In this document: piece by piece, positions 39,376 to 49,142 of the stretch
How the letters are laid out: every line of letters begins with the position of its first letter
How positions within the stretch are numbered: the first letter of the stretch is position 1
Assembly: GCA_903927615.1 (NCBI GenBank)
Contig: CAIYNU010000086.1
Span: 4,042 to 68,041, forward strand
DNA from: an uncultured Rhodospirillales bacterium
Lineage (GTDB): Bacteria; Pseudomonadota; Alphaproteobacteria; Azospirillales; Azospirillaceae
Direction: 5' to 3'
Length of the DNA stretch: 64,000 bases
Program-made: the position numbers and the translations under genes
Notes under the pieces: model-generated
What the model saw: only the letters and a program-made list of their open reading frames with translations
The model's database searches: none
What the model was told of the DNA's origin: nothing

Positions 39376-41727
39376 TTGTCGGGGGGGGACGCTTTGAAGC
39401 TCAGTTTCTCGGGATGGGTGCTGATGGCGTTGGCCGTTGGCACCGTCACCATCGGTGGGCCGGTACGTGCGGAGGCCGCCGATGCCGGTGTGGCGGGAAC
39501 CCGTTTGGCTGAGGTGCCGGGGGGCGGCACCATTTCGGCCATTCGAGTCGACGGCACCCAGCGGATCGAGCCAAGCACTGTCCGATCCTATCTGCAACTT
39601 CAGCCGGGCGAGCCGTTCGATGCCGATCGGCTTGATCAGTCGTTGAAGGCGCTCTTTGCGACCGGTTTGTTTGCGGATGTGACGTTGCACCGGGAGGGTG
39701 ACGCGCTGGTGGTCAAGGTGGTCGAGAATCCGATCATCAACCGGATTGCCTTCGAGGGGAATAAGCGCCTCAAGGAAGATCAGCTCCAGAGCGAATTGCA
39801 GCTACGGGCGCGCGTGGTGTACACCCGCACCCGGGTTCAAAGCGACGTTCAGCGCATCCTTGATCTCTATCGGCGCAATGGCCGGTTCGCCGCGACGGTC
39901 GAGCCGAAGGTCATCAAGCTCGATCAGAACCGGGTCGATCTGGTCTTCGAAATTGACGAAGGACCGCGGACCGAGGTTGAGCGGATTAACTTTGTCGGGA
40001 ATTCCAAATTCAGCCGGGCGACCCTGCTGGGCTTGCTGCGGACCAAAGAGTCCCGCTGGTACCGCTTCCTGTCCAGCGACGACAATTACGATCCCGACCG
40101 GATGAATTATGACAAAGAGTTGTTGCGCCAGTACTACCTGACTCAAGGCTATGCGGACTTTCGGGTGGTGTCGGCGGTGGCCGAGTTGACCCCGGAGCGC
40201 GACGCCTTCTACATGACCTTTACCATCGAAGAGGGCGAGCGGTATCAGTTCGGCAAGCTCGGGCTGACCACCAACCTCAAGGGCCTGGATCCTGAAACGC
40301 TGCGTGAAAAAGTCACCTTTGCGGAAGGCGACTGGTACGACGCGAACGAGGTGGAAAAGAGCATCACGGCGCTGACCGATGCGCTCGGTGATCTTCAGTA
40401 CGCCTTCGTCGATATCCGGCCCAAGGTTGACCGGCATCGCGATACGCATACCGTTGACCTGACCTTCGAAATCAATGAAGGGCCGCGGGTCTATGTCGAG
40501 CGCATTAACGTCAACGGCAATGTCCGCACCTTGGATCAGGTGATCCGGCGGGAGCTTCTGCTGAGTGAAGGCGATCCCTTCAACACCTCCAAGCTCAAGC
40601 GGTCGGAAGAACGCATCAAAAAGCTGGATTTCTTCGAAAAGGTCAATGTCACCACCGCCGAAGGCAGTCAGCCCGACCAAACGGTGATCCAGGTGGATGT
40701 CACCGAAAAATCCACGGGCGAAATCTCGCTGGGAGCCGGTTTCTCGACCACCGATGGCGCGCTCGGCGACTTCAGTATCAGCGAGCGTAACTTGTTGGGC
40801 CGGGGCCAGGACCTGCGGTTCGGCGCCACGGTGTCCCAGCGCACCCAACAGTATGACATCTCGTTTACCGAGCCCTATTTCCTTAATCGCGATCTGGCGG
40901 CCGGTGTTGACCTGTTCCGGATTGTCCGGGACAATCAGACCTACAGCCAATATGACGAGACCGACACCGGTTTCGGTCTGCACCTGGGCTTCCCGCTGAC
41001 CGAGCGCCTGCGGGAGCGGTTAAGCTACAGCTTCCAGCAGACGACCATCAGTAATGTTCCCACCACCGCCTCGGTTTACATCCTGGATCAGGTCGGCACA
41101 CGCAATGTGTCCCAGGTCAGTCACGAACTGACTTACGATACCCGGAACAGCAAGACGGACCCGGTCAGCGGCTATATCCTGAAGTTCGGCAATGATCTTG
41201 CCGGACTGGGGGGCGATGCCGACTACATCCGGACCCGGATCAGCGGCACCTACTACGTGCCGATCCCGAGCTGGGACCAGTGGGTGCTGAGCTTTGGCGG
41301 CGAGGCCGGGTATATCGCCGGTATCAATCAGAACGTGTTTATCGCTGATCGCTTCTTTATTGGCGGTGATACGCTTCGCGGCTTCCAGACGGCCGGTATC
41401 GGTCCACGCGACACCTCGACCGGTGACGCCCTGGGTGGTAATCAGTTCTACCGGGGAACCATCGAGCTTCGCTTCCCGCTTGGTTTGCCGGATGAACTCG
41501 GGCTATTCGGCCATGCGTTTACCGATGTCGGTACACTCAGCCATTTGGAAATACCGGCCGCCAATGCGAATGTGGTGGACAGCGCGTCGTTGCGGGCAGC
41601 GAGCGGCCTTGGCCTCCAATGGCGCTCGCCGTTGGGTCCGATCGGGATCGATTTCGCGGTTCCGTTTCTTAAAGAGAGCTACGATAAGACCCAACAATTC
41701 CGGTTCAACTTTGGCACTAGGTTCTGA
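39376..41727 (+). CDS. bamA: Outer membrane protein assembly factor BamA
   Basis: POTRA repeats (I..I.V.G.QRIE..TV.SYL) and a C-terminal Omp85 barrel ending ...FRFNFGTRF. The start codon (TTG at 39376) is uncertain. Confidence 0.95.
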   Translation: MSGGDALKLSFSGWVLMALAVGTVTIGGPVRAEAADAGVAGTRLAEVPGGGTISAIRVDGTQRIEPSTVRSYLQLQPGEPFDADRLDQSLKALFATGLFADVTLHREGDALVVKVVENPIINRIAFEGNKRLKEDQLQSELQLRARVVYTRTRVQSDVQRILDLYRRNGRFAATVEPKVIKLDQNRVDLVFEIDEGPRTEVERINFVGNSKFSRATLLGLLRTKESRWYRFLSSDDNYDPDRMNYDKELLRQYYLTQGYADFRVVSAVAELTPERDAFYMTFTIEEGERYQFGKLGLTTNLKGLDPETLREKVTFAEGDWYDANEVEKSITALTDALGDLQYAFVDIRPKVDRHRDTHTVDLTFEINEGPRVYVERINVNGNVRTLDQVIRRELLLSEGDPFNTSKLKRSEERIKKLDFFEKVNVTTAEGSQPDQTVIQVDVTEKSTGEISLGAGFSTTDGALGDFSISERNLLGRGQDLRFGATVSQRTQQYDISFTEPYFLNRDLAAGVDLFRIVRDNQTYSQYDETDTGFGLHLGFPLTERLRERLSYSFQQTTISNVPTTASVYILDQVGTRNVSQVSHELTYDTRNSKTDPVSGYILKFGNDLAGLGGDADYIRTRISGTYYVPIPSWDQWVLSFGGEAGYIAGINQNVFIADRFFIGGDTLRGFQTAGIGPRDTSTGDALGGNQFYRGTIELRFPLGLPDELGLFGHAFTDVGTLSHLEIPAANANVVDSASLRAASGLGLQWRSPLGPIGIDFAVPFLKESYDKTQQFRFNFGTRF

Positions 41728-41730
41728 CAC

Positions 41731-42303
41731 ATGACGCTTCAAAGTGTACGGTGGGCGCTGGCTGCCGCAGCGGTTGGCCTCACCCTGGTTGCGGTGCCGG
41801 TGAGTGGCGCCAAGGCGGACGCCAAGCCGCCGGTGGTTGCGATTGTGGACATCCAGTTCATTCTCCATGAGTCCACCGCGGGCAAGGCCGTCCAGAAGGG
41901 TTTGGAAAGTCAGGGAGAAATTTTCCACCGCGAAATCGCGGCAGAGGAAGACAAATTGCGGCAGGGCCAGCAGGATCTGGAGCGGCAGCACGCGAGCCTG
42001 ACCGAGGAAGCCTTTACCAAGAAGCGGCGCGACTTCGAGAAGCAGGTGGCCGACTATCAGCGGGATCTCCAGGCCCGCCAGAAGGCTCTTCAGCAGGGTG
42101 AGGCCGAGGCGCAGCGGACGATCCTGGGCGCGATCAATGAGGTTCTCGGGGGCTTGGCCCACGAGAAGAGCATCGATCTGGTGCTGGCGCGACCGGCGGT
42201 GTTCTATGCCGATCCCGAGTTGGACGTGACTCAGGAGGTGTTGGGGCGCCTGAATCGCAAGCTGCCGACGGTCACGGTCAATATTCCGTCGGTCAAGAAG
42301 TAA
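41731..42303 (+). CDS. OmpH/Skp-family periplasmic chaperone
   Basis: Signal peptide, then a coiled-coil Q/E/K-rich body. Position immediately after bamA. Confidence 0.85.
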   Translation: MTLQSVRWALAAAAVGLTLVAVPVSGAKADAKPPVVAIVDIQFILHESTAGKAVQKGLESQGEIFHREIAAEEDKLRQGQQDLERQHASLTEEAFTKKRRDFEKQVADYQRDLQARQKALQQGEAEAQRTILGAINEVLGGLAHEKSIDLVLARPAVFYADPELDVTQEVLGRLNRKLPTVTVNIPSVKK

Positions 42304-42464
42304 TCTTCCGGGGTTTGCTCGGGGCCGCCTTTCCGGCGCGAGCCGGAGAGGCAGCGTCGGGGAGTGCGGGTTGGGGATTGATCGGTGAGCGCGAATCGGG
42401 CAAAAGGAGCCGGGGCCGGTAACGGTATCGGCCTGGGTCTCAGCAGAAGAACGGCGGTCGGAAG

Positions 42465-42935
42465 ATGGGGGCGATAACGGAAATGGATGCGATGTCCGAC
42501 ATCGACATCACGCGGGTCATGCAAATGATTCCGCATCGCTACCCGATGCTGATGATCGACCGGGTGGTTAACGTCGTTCGGGGCGAAAGTGCCATCGGGA
42601 TCAAGAATGTTACGATCAACGAGCATTTTTTCCAAGGCCATTTTCCGCAACGGCCGGTCATGCCCGGTGTGCTGATCATCGAGTCGATGGCTCAGACCGC
42701 CGCGGTGCTGGTGGTGGCGACATTGGGCGCGGAAGCCGAGGGCAAATTGGTTTACTTCATGACCGTTGATGAGGCGCGCTTTCGCAAGCCGGTGACGCCG
42801 GGCGACACCGCCTATATTCACGTCAACAAGGTCCGTCAGCGCGGTAACGTCTGGAAATTCAAAGGCGAGGCGAAAGTTAACGACATTCTGTGTGCTGAAG
42901 CGACTTACGCCGCGATGATTTTGAACGATCGATGA
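42465..42935 (+). CDS. fabZ: 3-hydroxyacyl-ACP dehydratase FabZ
   Basis: [13 protein letters not shown]...[26 protein letters not shown]. The real start is probably the Met at 42492. Confidence 0.95.
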   Translation: MGAITEMDAMSDIDITRVMQMIPHRYPMLMIDRVVNVVRGESAIGIKNVTINEHFFQGHFPQRPVMPGVLIIESMAQTAAVLVVATLGAEAEGKLVYFMTVDEARFRKPVTPGDTAYIHVNKVRQRGNVWKFKGEAKVNDILCAEATYAAMILNDR

Positions 42936-43735
42936 CCGCAGCGGTTCATCCCAGCGCGGTCGTAAATCCGGCAGCGCGTCTTGGCGAAGGGGTCGAGATC
43001 GGTCCCTTTTGCTGTGTCGGCGGCGAGGTCGAACTGGCGGCCGGCGTGCGCCTGGTGTCCCATGTGGTGATTGAGGGTCGCACCCGCGTTGGGGCGGGCA
43101 CGGTCATTTACCCGTTTGCGGTGCTCGGCACCCCGCCTCAGGACCTGAAATACCGCGGCGAGGCGTCGGAGCTGGTGATCGGGCGCAACAACCGGATCCG
43201 TGAACATGTCACCATGAACCCGGGAACCGCGGGTGGTGGCATGATCACCACGGTTGGGGACGAGGGTCTGTTCATGGTCGGGGCCCATGTGGCCCACGAC
43301 TGCCGGTTGGGTGACCATGTGATTCTGGCCAACAACGCCACTTTGGCCGGCCATGTGGTGGTGGGCGATTATGCCATTCTCGGCGGGCTCAGTGCCGTTC
43401 ACCAGTTTGTCCGCATCGGTCCACACGCCATGATCGGCGGCATGTCGGGTGTCGAAAATGACGTGATCCCCTATGGCTTGGTGATGGGCGAGCGGGCACG
43501 GCTTTCGGGGTTGAATCTGGTTGGGCTGGAACGGCGGGGCTATAGCCGGGAGGACATTCAGGCGTTGCGGGCGGCCTATCGTGTGTTGTTCGGGTCAGGG
43601 GGGACACTCGCCGGACGCATTGAAGAGGTCGCAAACCTGTTCCAGGATCATCAGGTGGTTGGCGACATCGTCGCTTTCCTGCGAGCGAAGTCTTCACGGG
43701 CGGTGTGCCAGCCACGGGCGGAGAATGGCGGTTAA
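42932..43735 (+). CDS. lpxA: Acyl-ACP--UDP-N-acetylglucosamine O-acyltransferase
   Basis: Hexapeptide-repeat protein VHPSAVV...IGPFC.VG..VE...D.KY.GE. Confidence 0.95.
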   Translation: MTAAVHPSAVVNPAARLGEGVEIGPFCCVGGEVELAAGVRLVSHVVIEGRTRVGAGTVIYPFAVLGTPPQDLKYRGEASELVIGRNNRIREHVTMNPGTAGGGMITTVGDEGLFMVGAHVAHDCRLGDHVILANNATLAGHVVVGDYAILGGLSAVHQFVRIGPHAMIGGMSGVENDVIPYGLVMGERARLSGLNLVGLERRGYSREDIQALRAAYRVLFGSGGTLAGRIEEVANLFQDHQVVGDIVAFLRAKSSRAVCQPRAENGG

Positions 43736-44558
43736 GCTCGCGATCTTTGCCGGTGGCGGCGAGCTGCCAGCCCGATTGGCCGAGGCGGCGCGCGGCTCGG
43801 GGCGGGACGTGTTCATGGTGGCATTCGAGGGCCACACCCTGGCGTCGGCGGTGGTCGGGGTCCCGCATCTGTGGTCGCGCTTTGGCGCCGCCTCCGCGAT
43901 TCTCGACTTCCTGCATGGCCACGGCGTGACCGAGCTGGTTTTGGCCGGACCGGTCCGGCGACCGTCCATCACCGAAATCATGCCGGACTGGCGGGCCACG
44001 AAATTCCTGGCCCGGATCGGCGCGCGGGCCTTGGGCGATGACGGTTTTTTGCGGGGCATCGTGCGGGGCTTGGAGGAGGAGGGGTTCCGGGTGGTGGGCA
44101 TCCAGGACATCCTGAGTGATCTGCTGGCCCCGGTGGGGGCGTTGGGGGCATTGATGCCCGATGCGGCGGCCGAAGCCGACATCGCCCGCGGCATCGAGGT
44201 GGCCCGGATGGTGGGTGCCCTTGATGTGGGGCAGGCGGTGGTGGTTCAACAAGGGCTGGTGTTGGGCGTCGAGGCGATCGAAGGCACCGATGCGCTGATC
44301 AACCGGTGCGGGCCGTTACGCCGGGACGGCGTCGGCGGCGTGCTGGTCAAGGTCAAGAAGCCCCAGCAGGACCGGCGACTCGACCTGCCGACGGTCGGCG
44401 TCCAGACCGTGCAAAGCGCCGCAGCGGCCGGCTTGCGGGGAATCGCCATCGAGGCCGGGGGAACCCTGGTCATGGATCGGCCGGCGTTGGTGGCTGCTGC
44501 GGATGGTGCCGGCCTTTTTGTGGTCGGCGTCACGGTCGACCCGCCGCGTTCGTCATGA
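43725..44558 (+). CDS. lpxI: UDP-2,3-diacylglucosamine pyrophosphatase LpxI (DUF1009 family)
   Basis: [15 protein letters not shown]...DVGQAVVVQQGLVLGVEAIEGTDALI. Sits between lpxA and lpxB, as is typical in alphaproteobacteria. Confidence 0.85.
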   Translation: MAVKLAIFAGGGELPARLAEAARGSGRDVFMVAFEGHTLASAVVGVPHLWSRFGAASAILDFLHGHGVTELVLAGPVRRPSITEIMPDWRATKFLARIGARALGDDGFLRGIVRGLEEEGFRVVGIQDILSDLLAPVGALGALMPDAAAEADIARGIEVARMVGALDVGQAVVVQQGLVLGVEAIEGTDALINRCGPLRRDGVGGVLVKVKKPQQDRRLDLPTVGVQTVQSAAAAGLRGIAIEAGGTLVMDRPALVAAADGAGLFVVGVTVDPPRSS

Positions 44559-45754
44559 CCGCCGAGGCCACACCGCTCCGGCTGTTTGTGATCGCGGGGG
44601 AGCCGTCGGGGGACTTGTTGGGCGCCCGGTTGATGGCGGCGGTCAAGCGCAGGGCCGACCGGCCGGTGCGGTTCGTCGGTATCGGCGGCGAGCGGATGGT
44701 GGCGGAGGGGTTGGAATCGCTGTTCCCGATGGAGGAACTGGCGCTGTTTGGCGTGGTGGAGCTGTTGCCGCGCCTGCCCCGATTGATCTGGCGGCTTCAT
44801 CAGACCGTGGCCGCGATTCGCGACCAAATGCCCGACGCGGTGCTCACCATCGATTCTCCGGGCTTCACCTTTCGGGTCGGTCGAAGGTTGCGTCAAGGCC
44901 GCCACCCGGTGCGCGAGGTGCCGCTGATCCATTATGTGGCGCCGACGGTGTGGGCCTGGCGGCCGGAACGCGCCCGCAAGATTGCCGCCTTTCTCGACCA
45001 TCTGTTGGTGCTGCTGCCGTTCGAACCGCCGTGGTTCGAACGCGAGGGGCTTGCGACCACCTATGTCGGTCATCCCATCGTGGAAGGTGGCGCCGATCGC
45101 GGCGATGCCGCCGGCTTCCGCCGCCGCCACGGCATCGATGCCGGCTCACGGCTATTGGCGGTGTTGCCCGGTAGCCGGATGACCGAATTGGGCCGACTGC
45201 TGCCGGACTTCGGGGGGGCGCTGGAGCGGTTGGCGCCGCAGTATCCGAATCTGGTCGCGGTGGTCCCGACCTTGCCCCGGGTGGCGGCGACGGTGCGGGC
45301 GGCCGTGGCCGGCTGGCCGGTGCGGACGCTGGTGACCGAAGGGGATGCCGAAAAGTACGATGCCTTCGCCGCCGCCGAGGTGGCCCTGGCGGCGTCGGGG
45401 ACCGTGGCGCTGGAACTGGCGCTGGCCCGCTTGCCGGCGGTGATCGCCTACCGCATGAATCCACTGACGGTGGCGCTTTATCGACGGTTGGTCCGTACCA
45501 AATATGCGAATCTGGTCAATATCATGCTGGACCGGCCGGTGGTCCCGGAACGGATCCAGGAGGACTGTCGTCCGGATCAACTGGCGGCGGCGGTGGCGGC
45601 CTTGTTGGAGAGTCCGGCGGCCAGACAGGCTCAGATCGACGAACTGGCGGCGGTGGGCGGTTGGCTCGGCGCCGGCGGCATAACGCCGAGTGATCGCGCC
45701 GCGGACGTGGTTTGGCGGTTGGCGGTGCGGCGGGCGGAGGGAGGACGGCATTGA
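44555..45754 (+). CDS. lpxB: Lipid-A-disaccharide synthase
   Basis: LRLFVIAGEPSGDLLGARLM...VAPTVWAWR..R...ASGTVALELAL. ATGA overlap with lpxI. Confidence 0.95.
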   Translation: MTAEATPLRLFVIAGEPSGDLLGARLMAAVKRRADRPVRFVGIGGERMVAEGLESLFPMEELALFGVVELLPRLPRLIWRLHQTVAAIRDQMPDAVLTIDSPGFTFRVGRRLRQGRHPVREVPLIHYVAPTVWAWRPERARKIAAFLDHLLVLLPFEPPWFEREGLATTYVGHPIVEGGADRGDAAGFRRRHGIDAGSRLLAVLPGSRMTELGRLLPDFGGALERLAPQYPNLVAVVPTLPRVAATVRAAVAGWPVRTLVTEGDAEKYDAFAAAEVALAASGTVALELALARLPAVIAYRMNPLTVALYRRLVRTKYANLVNIMLDRPVVPERIQEDCRPDQLAAAVAALLESPAARQAQIDELAAVGGWLGAGGITPSDRAADVVWRLAVRRAEGGRH

Positions 45755-45756
45755 CG

Positions 45757-46176
45757 ATGGGAACCACAACCGCGGCCGCCGGTGCGGGACACCGGTTGCT
45801 GCACACCATGATCCGGGTTCGCGATCTGGATCGTTCGCTGGAATTTTATACCGGTTTGCTGGGGATGGCGCTGTTGCGCCGCACCGACTACGAAGGCGGC
45901 CGGTTTACTCTGGCCTTCGTCGGCTATGGCGATGAAGCGAGCGCCGCGGTGCTGGAACTGACCCATAATTGGGACCAGACCGACCCCTACGTCACGGGGA
46001 CGGGCTTTGGCCACATCGCCATCGCGGTTCCCGATATTGTGGAGACCTGCCGGCGTCTGGCCGCGGCCGGGGTTCCGGTGCCGCGACCGCCCTGCCCCAT
46101 GGCGCACGGCACCACGGTGCTTGCGTTCGTTGAGGACCCCGACGGCTATCGGATCGAACTGATCGAACGGCGATGA
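45757..46176 (+). CDS. gloA: Lactoylglutathione lyase (glyoxalase I)
   Basis: RLLHTMIRVRDLDRSLEFYTGLLGM...LELTHNWD...GFGHIAI.V.D...DPDGY.IELIE. Confidence 0.9.
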   Translation: MGTTTAAAGAGHRLLHTMIRVRDLDRSLEFYTGLLGMALLRRTDYEGGRFTLAFVGYGDEASAAVLELTHNWDQTDPYVTGTGFGHIAIAVPDIVETCRRLAAAGVPVPRPPCPMAHGTTVLAFVEDPDGYRIELIERR

Positions 46177-46267
46177 CGGTCACCGACGGCTCGGGCCTCG
46201 CGCCGGGGCCGGAGGTTGGCGTATCCTGCTGAAATCGGCAACCTTACCGATAGGCCATAGGCGGGAC

Positions 46268-48736
46268 ATGACAGAGGGAACGATTACGCCATCGCTTGCG
46301 GTCGGCGTTATCGGGGATACGCCGTCTCGCCCGACCCCGGACGACGGCTTCGGCGTTCAGGACCGCCTGGTCATCGGCCAGGTTCTGCGGTCGTGGCTGG
46401 ATGCCCGGTGCCTGACGCCGACCGAACTGCTTTATGATCCCCAGGCCCTGGCCGGTCTGCTGGCTGAACCGGGGACCATGGCGGCGGCGCTTCGGGAGCT
46501 GCCGCCGGGGTCGGGGCAACCGGGCGGCATCGAGGCCGGGCCGGCGATGTTCGATCACTTGCGGGTTCGGGCTGCGGCGGCCGGGACGGCCCTGGATGGC
46601 TTGGCTCAGGCCGGGCCGCCCTTGGACGTGCTCCGGCAGCGCGGCGGCGAACCGGGCCAGTCCGCCGAACAGGATCACCTGCTGCGGGCCGCCATTTGCC
46701 GGGAGCTGGTCGGTTGCCGGAGCTGGCTGGAAAAGCTGGCCCTGCTGGTCGGTCTGGTCCGCGCCGACGCCGGCGGGACGACTGGTGACGGGATGCCGGG
46801 TGGCGGGCTGGCCGGGCTGGTGGACGGCCTGGTGGCGGACCTGTTGGGCGCCGGCACCGTGCTGACCGAGTTGTTTGGAGCGCATCCCTATCTTGGGGTC
46901 AATCTGCGCCGGTCCCTGGACCTGGCGCTGACCGTGCTGGCGCGTCCGGCGGACGGGGCCGGGACCCCACTTCTGTTCGACCTCAACGAGTTGCTGGTGG
47001 CGGGTCGGTTGCCCTGCGCCCGCGCGGCTTTGCTCGACCGGGTTCGCGGGCAACTGGGCTCGCCGCTCCCGCTGGGCTCGGGGCGGCGGGAGGAGGACAT
47101 CCGACTATTCCACGAGCTGCTGGGGATTCTGGCGACGCCCGCCGGCGTGATCGGCGAGGGTGCCATGGCCGAAGCGTTGGTGGTGCGCTATGCCCGCCGG
47201 CTGGACCAGGACGGCGGCGCGATTGTTCAGCCGGCGATTCAGGGTGTGGTCGAGACTCTGCCCAACCTGTTCTCCCGGCTCTATTTCCTGGCGGCGTTGG
47301 CGTGCTCGCCGCTGGGCCGGCGGTCCATCGACGAGGTGATGGTGCTGGTCGATGCCGCGGCTCACAATCAGACATTGATCGAAAGCGCGGTGTTTCGTCC
47401 CTTCGATCCTGTGGCGTTGCACGGGGCGCTGGCGCAGGCCGCGGCGGCGTTCGATCGGGCTGGCCTGCCCGACACGGTCGCCGCTCGTCTGCGCGGCCGG
47501 ATTACCGGCCTGGTCGACGCCTTTGTGGCGCGGGGCAGTTTTTTGGACCTGATGGATGCCCATGAACCCTCGGTGCCCCGGCGCAACCAGGGGCTGGCGG
47601 CGGTGATCACGGCTGGTCTGGTCACCGAATTCGGCGGCAAGCCCTTGATTGAACAACATATCGACCGGATCGCGGAGCGCGCCGCAGCCGGCGGCGGGTC
47701 GGTTTCGGTGTTGCGCACGCCGGGCTGGCCGCAACTGGTCGGCCGCGAGGCGGGGGTTCCCTTGATTTCGCGCTTTGGCCGCTACCGCTGTCCATACTGC
47801 TTCGAAGCCAAACGAGGCGGTGTGTTGTGCCTGGTTTGCGGCTATGACGAAATCGAGGGCGCGCGGCCCGGTGTTCACCTGTCGGCCGGGACCCTGCTTC
47901 AGGGCCGTTATGTGATCGGCCGCCTGATCGGACAAGGCGGCTTTGGCGCGACCTATCTCGGTTGGGACGAGCGACTCCAGGTCAAGGTGGCGCTCAAGGA
48001 ATACTTCCCGGTGAGTCTGGCCGGGCGGGCCGAGGGGGGGGCGCTCAAGCCATACGTCGAGGCGCACATCGGCACCTTCCGCGATGGCATCGTCAAATTC
48101 ATTGAAGAAGCCCGAACGCTGACCCGGTTACGCTACGTCAAAGAGGTCGTCGAGGTTCTCGACCATTTTGAGGCGAATGGAACGGCCTATCTGGTGATGG
48201 AATTGCTGATCGGCCGGACCCTTCAGCGGTATCTGTTGGAAGAAGGGGGCAGTATCGACTACCGGCGGGCGCTGGGCTTGATGCTGCCGATTGCCAAAGC
48301 GGTTCATGAAGTCCACCGGCTGGGTTTGGTGCATCGTGATATCAGTCCCGATAATATCTTCCTGCTGGATGGCGGTGAGGCCAAACTGCTGGACTTTGGC
48401 GCCGCCCGTCATTGCATCGGCGAGGCCCTGGGCGCCTTGACCGTGATTCTCAAGCGCGGCTACGCGCCGCCGGAGCAGTATGTTTCCGATGGTCGTCAAG
48501 GCCCGTGGACCGATGTTTACGCCCTGGCCGCGACCCTTTACTGCGCCATCACCGGCCGGCCGCCGCCGGATGCCGCCGCTCGCCAAGGAACCGAGTTGAT
48601 TCGACCGAGTCGCTTGGGCATCCACATCCCGCCGGCGGTTGAGGAGGTGTTGTTGGGTGGTCTGGCGCTGGGCTGGCAGGACCGGCCGCGGGACATGAAG
48701 ACTTTGCTCCAGGGCTTCAGTCGCGCCTTATCATAA
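46268..48736 (+). CDS. Ser/Thr protein kinase with an uncharacterised N-terminal region of about 520 aa and a CxxC...CxxC zinc ribbon preceding the C-terminal kinase domain
   Basis: CPYCFEAKRGGVLCLVCGYDE. Kinase motifs GQGGFGATYLG, VALKEY, HRDISPDNIFL, DFGAAR, GYAPPEQY. No TM segment and no motif recognised in the first approximately 520 aa. Confidence 0.85.
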   Translation: MTEGTITPSLAVGVIGDTPSRPTPDDGFGVQDRLVIGQVLRSWLDARCLTPTELLYDPQALAGLLAEPGTMAAALRELPPGSGQPGGIEAGPAMFDHLRVRAAAAGTALDGLAQAGPPLDVLRQRGGEPGQSAEQDHLLRAAICRELVGCRSWLEKLALLVGLVRADAGGTTGDGMPGGGLAGLVDGLVADLLGAGTVLTELFGAHPYLGVNLRRSLDLALTVLARPADGAGTPLLFDLNELLVAGRLPCARAALLDRVRGQLGSPLPLGSGRREEDIRLFHELLGILATPAGVIGEGAMAEALVVRYARRLDQDGGAIVQPAIQGVVETLPNLFSRLYFLAALACSPLGRRSIDEVMVLVDAAAHNQTLIESAVFRPFDPVALHGALAQAAAAFDRAGLPDTVAARLRGRITGLVDAFVARGSFLDLMDAHEPSVPRRNQGLAAVITAGLVTEFGGKPLIEQHIDRIAERAAAGGGSVSVLRTPGWPQLVGREAGVPLISRFGRYRCPYCFEAKRGGVLCLVCGYDEIEGARPGVHLSAGTLLQGRYVIGRLIGQGGFGATYLGWDERLQVKVALKEYFPVSLAGRAEGGALKPYVEAHIGTFRDGIVKFIEEARTLTRLRYVKEVVEVLDHFEANGTAYLVMELLIGRTLQRYLLEEGGSIDYRRALGLMLPIAKAVHEVHRLGLVHRDISPDNIFLLDGGEAKLLDFGAARHCIGEALGALTVILKRGYAPPEQYVSDGRQGPWTDVYALAATLYCAITGRPPPDAAARQGTELIRPSRLGIHIPPAVEEVLLGGLALGWQDRPRDMKTLLQGFSRALS

Positions 48737-49142
48737 TCCGTATTCGTTGGCTCGATTATTAGTCCCTGTCATGACCGGGGCTTGCAGTTAAGTGGCCTCG
48801 GGTGCGTCGGTCAGGGGAGAGCGGGTTCTCGCCGTCGAGGGCGGCGCAACTCCCCGGTCATTGACCGTCCCACCATTTCGACGGCTCACCAACTGTGGCG
48901 TAACGGCATCGAAGCCTGGAAAACACCGAGAATTGAGTGTTTCGCGGACTTGCCACGACTGCATCATGGAGTACCCTATGCGCTACGAAGATCGACCTTG
49001 GGGCCTCCGTGATCTTGCACGACGTTGGTGGACAATGGTGCAGTAAAGGCCATGTGTTGCCGATGTCTCTGGCTTGCGAAGGTGCCGACCGGATTGCCGA
49101 AGGTAACCCGGTGCGGGTCTGAAAAATAATGGGGGCAAGGTA

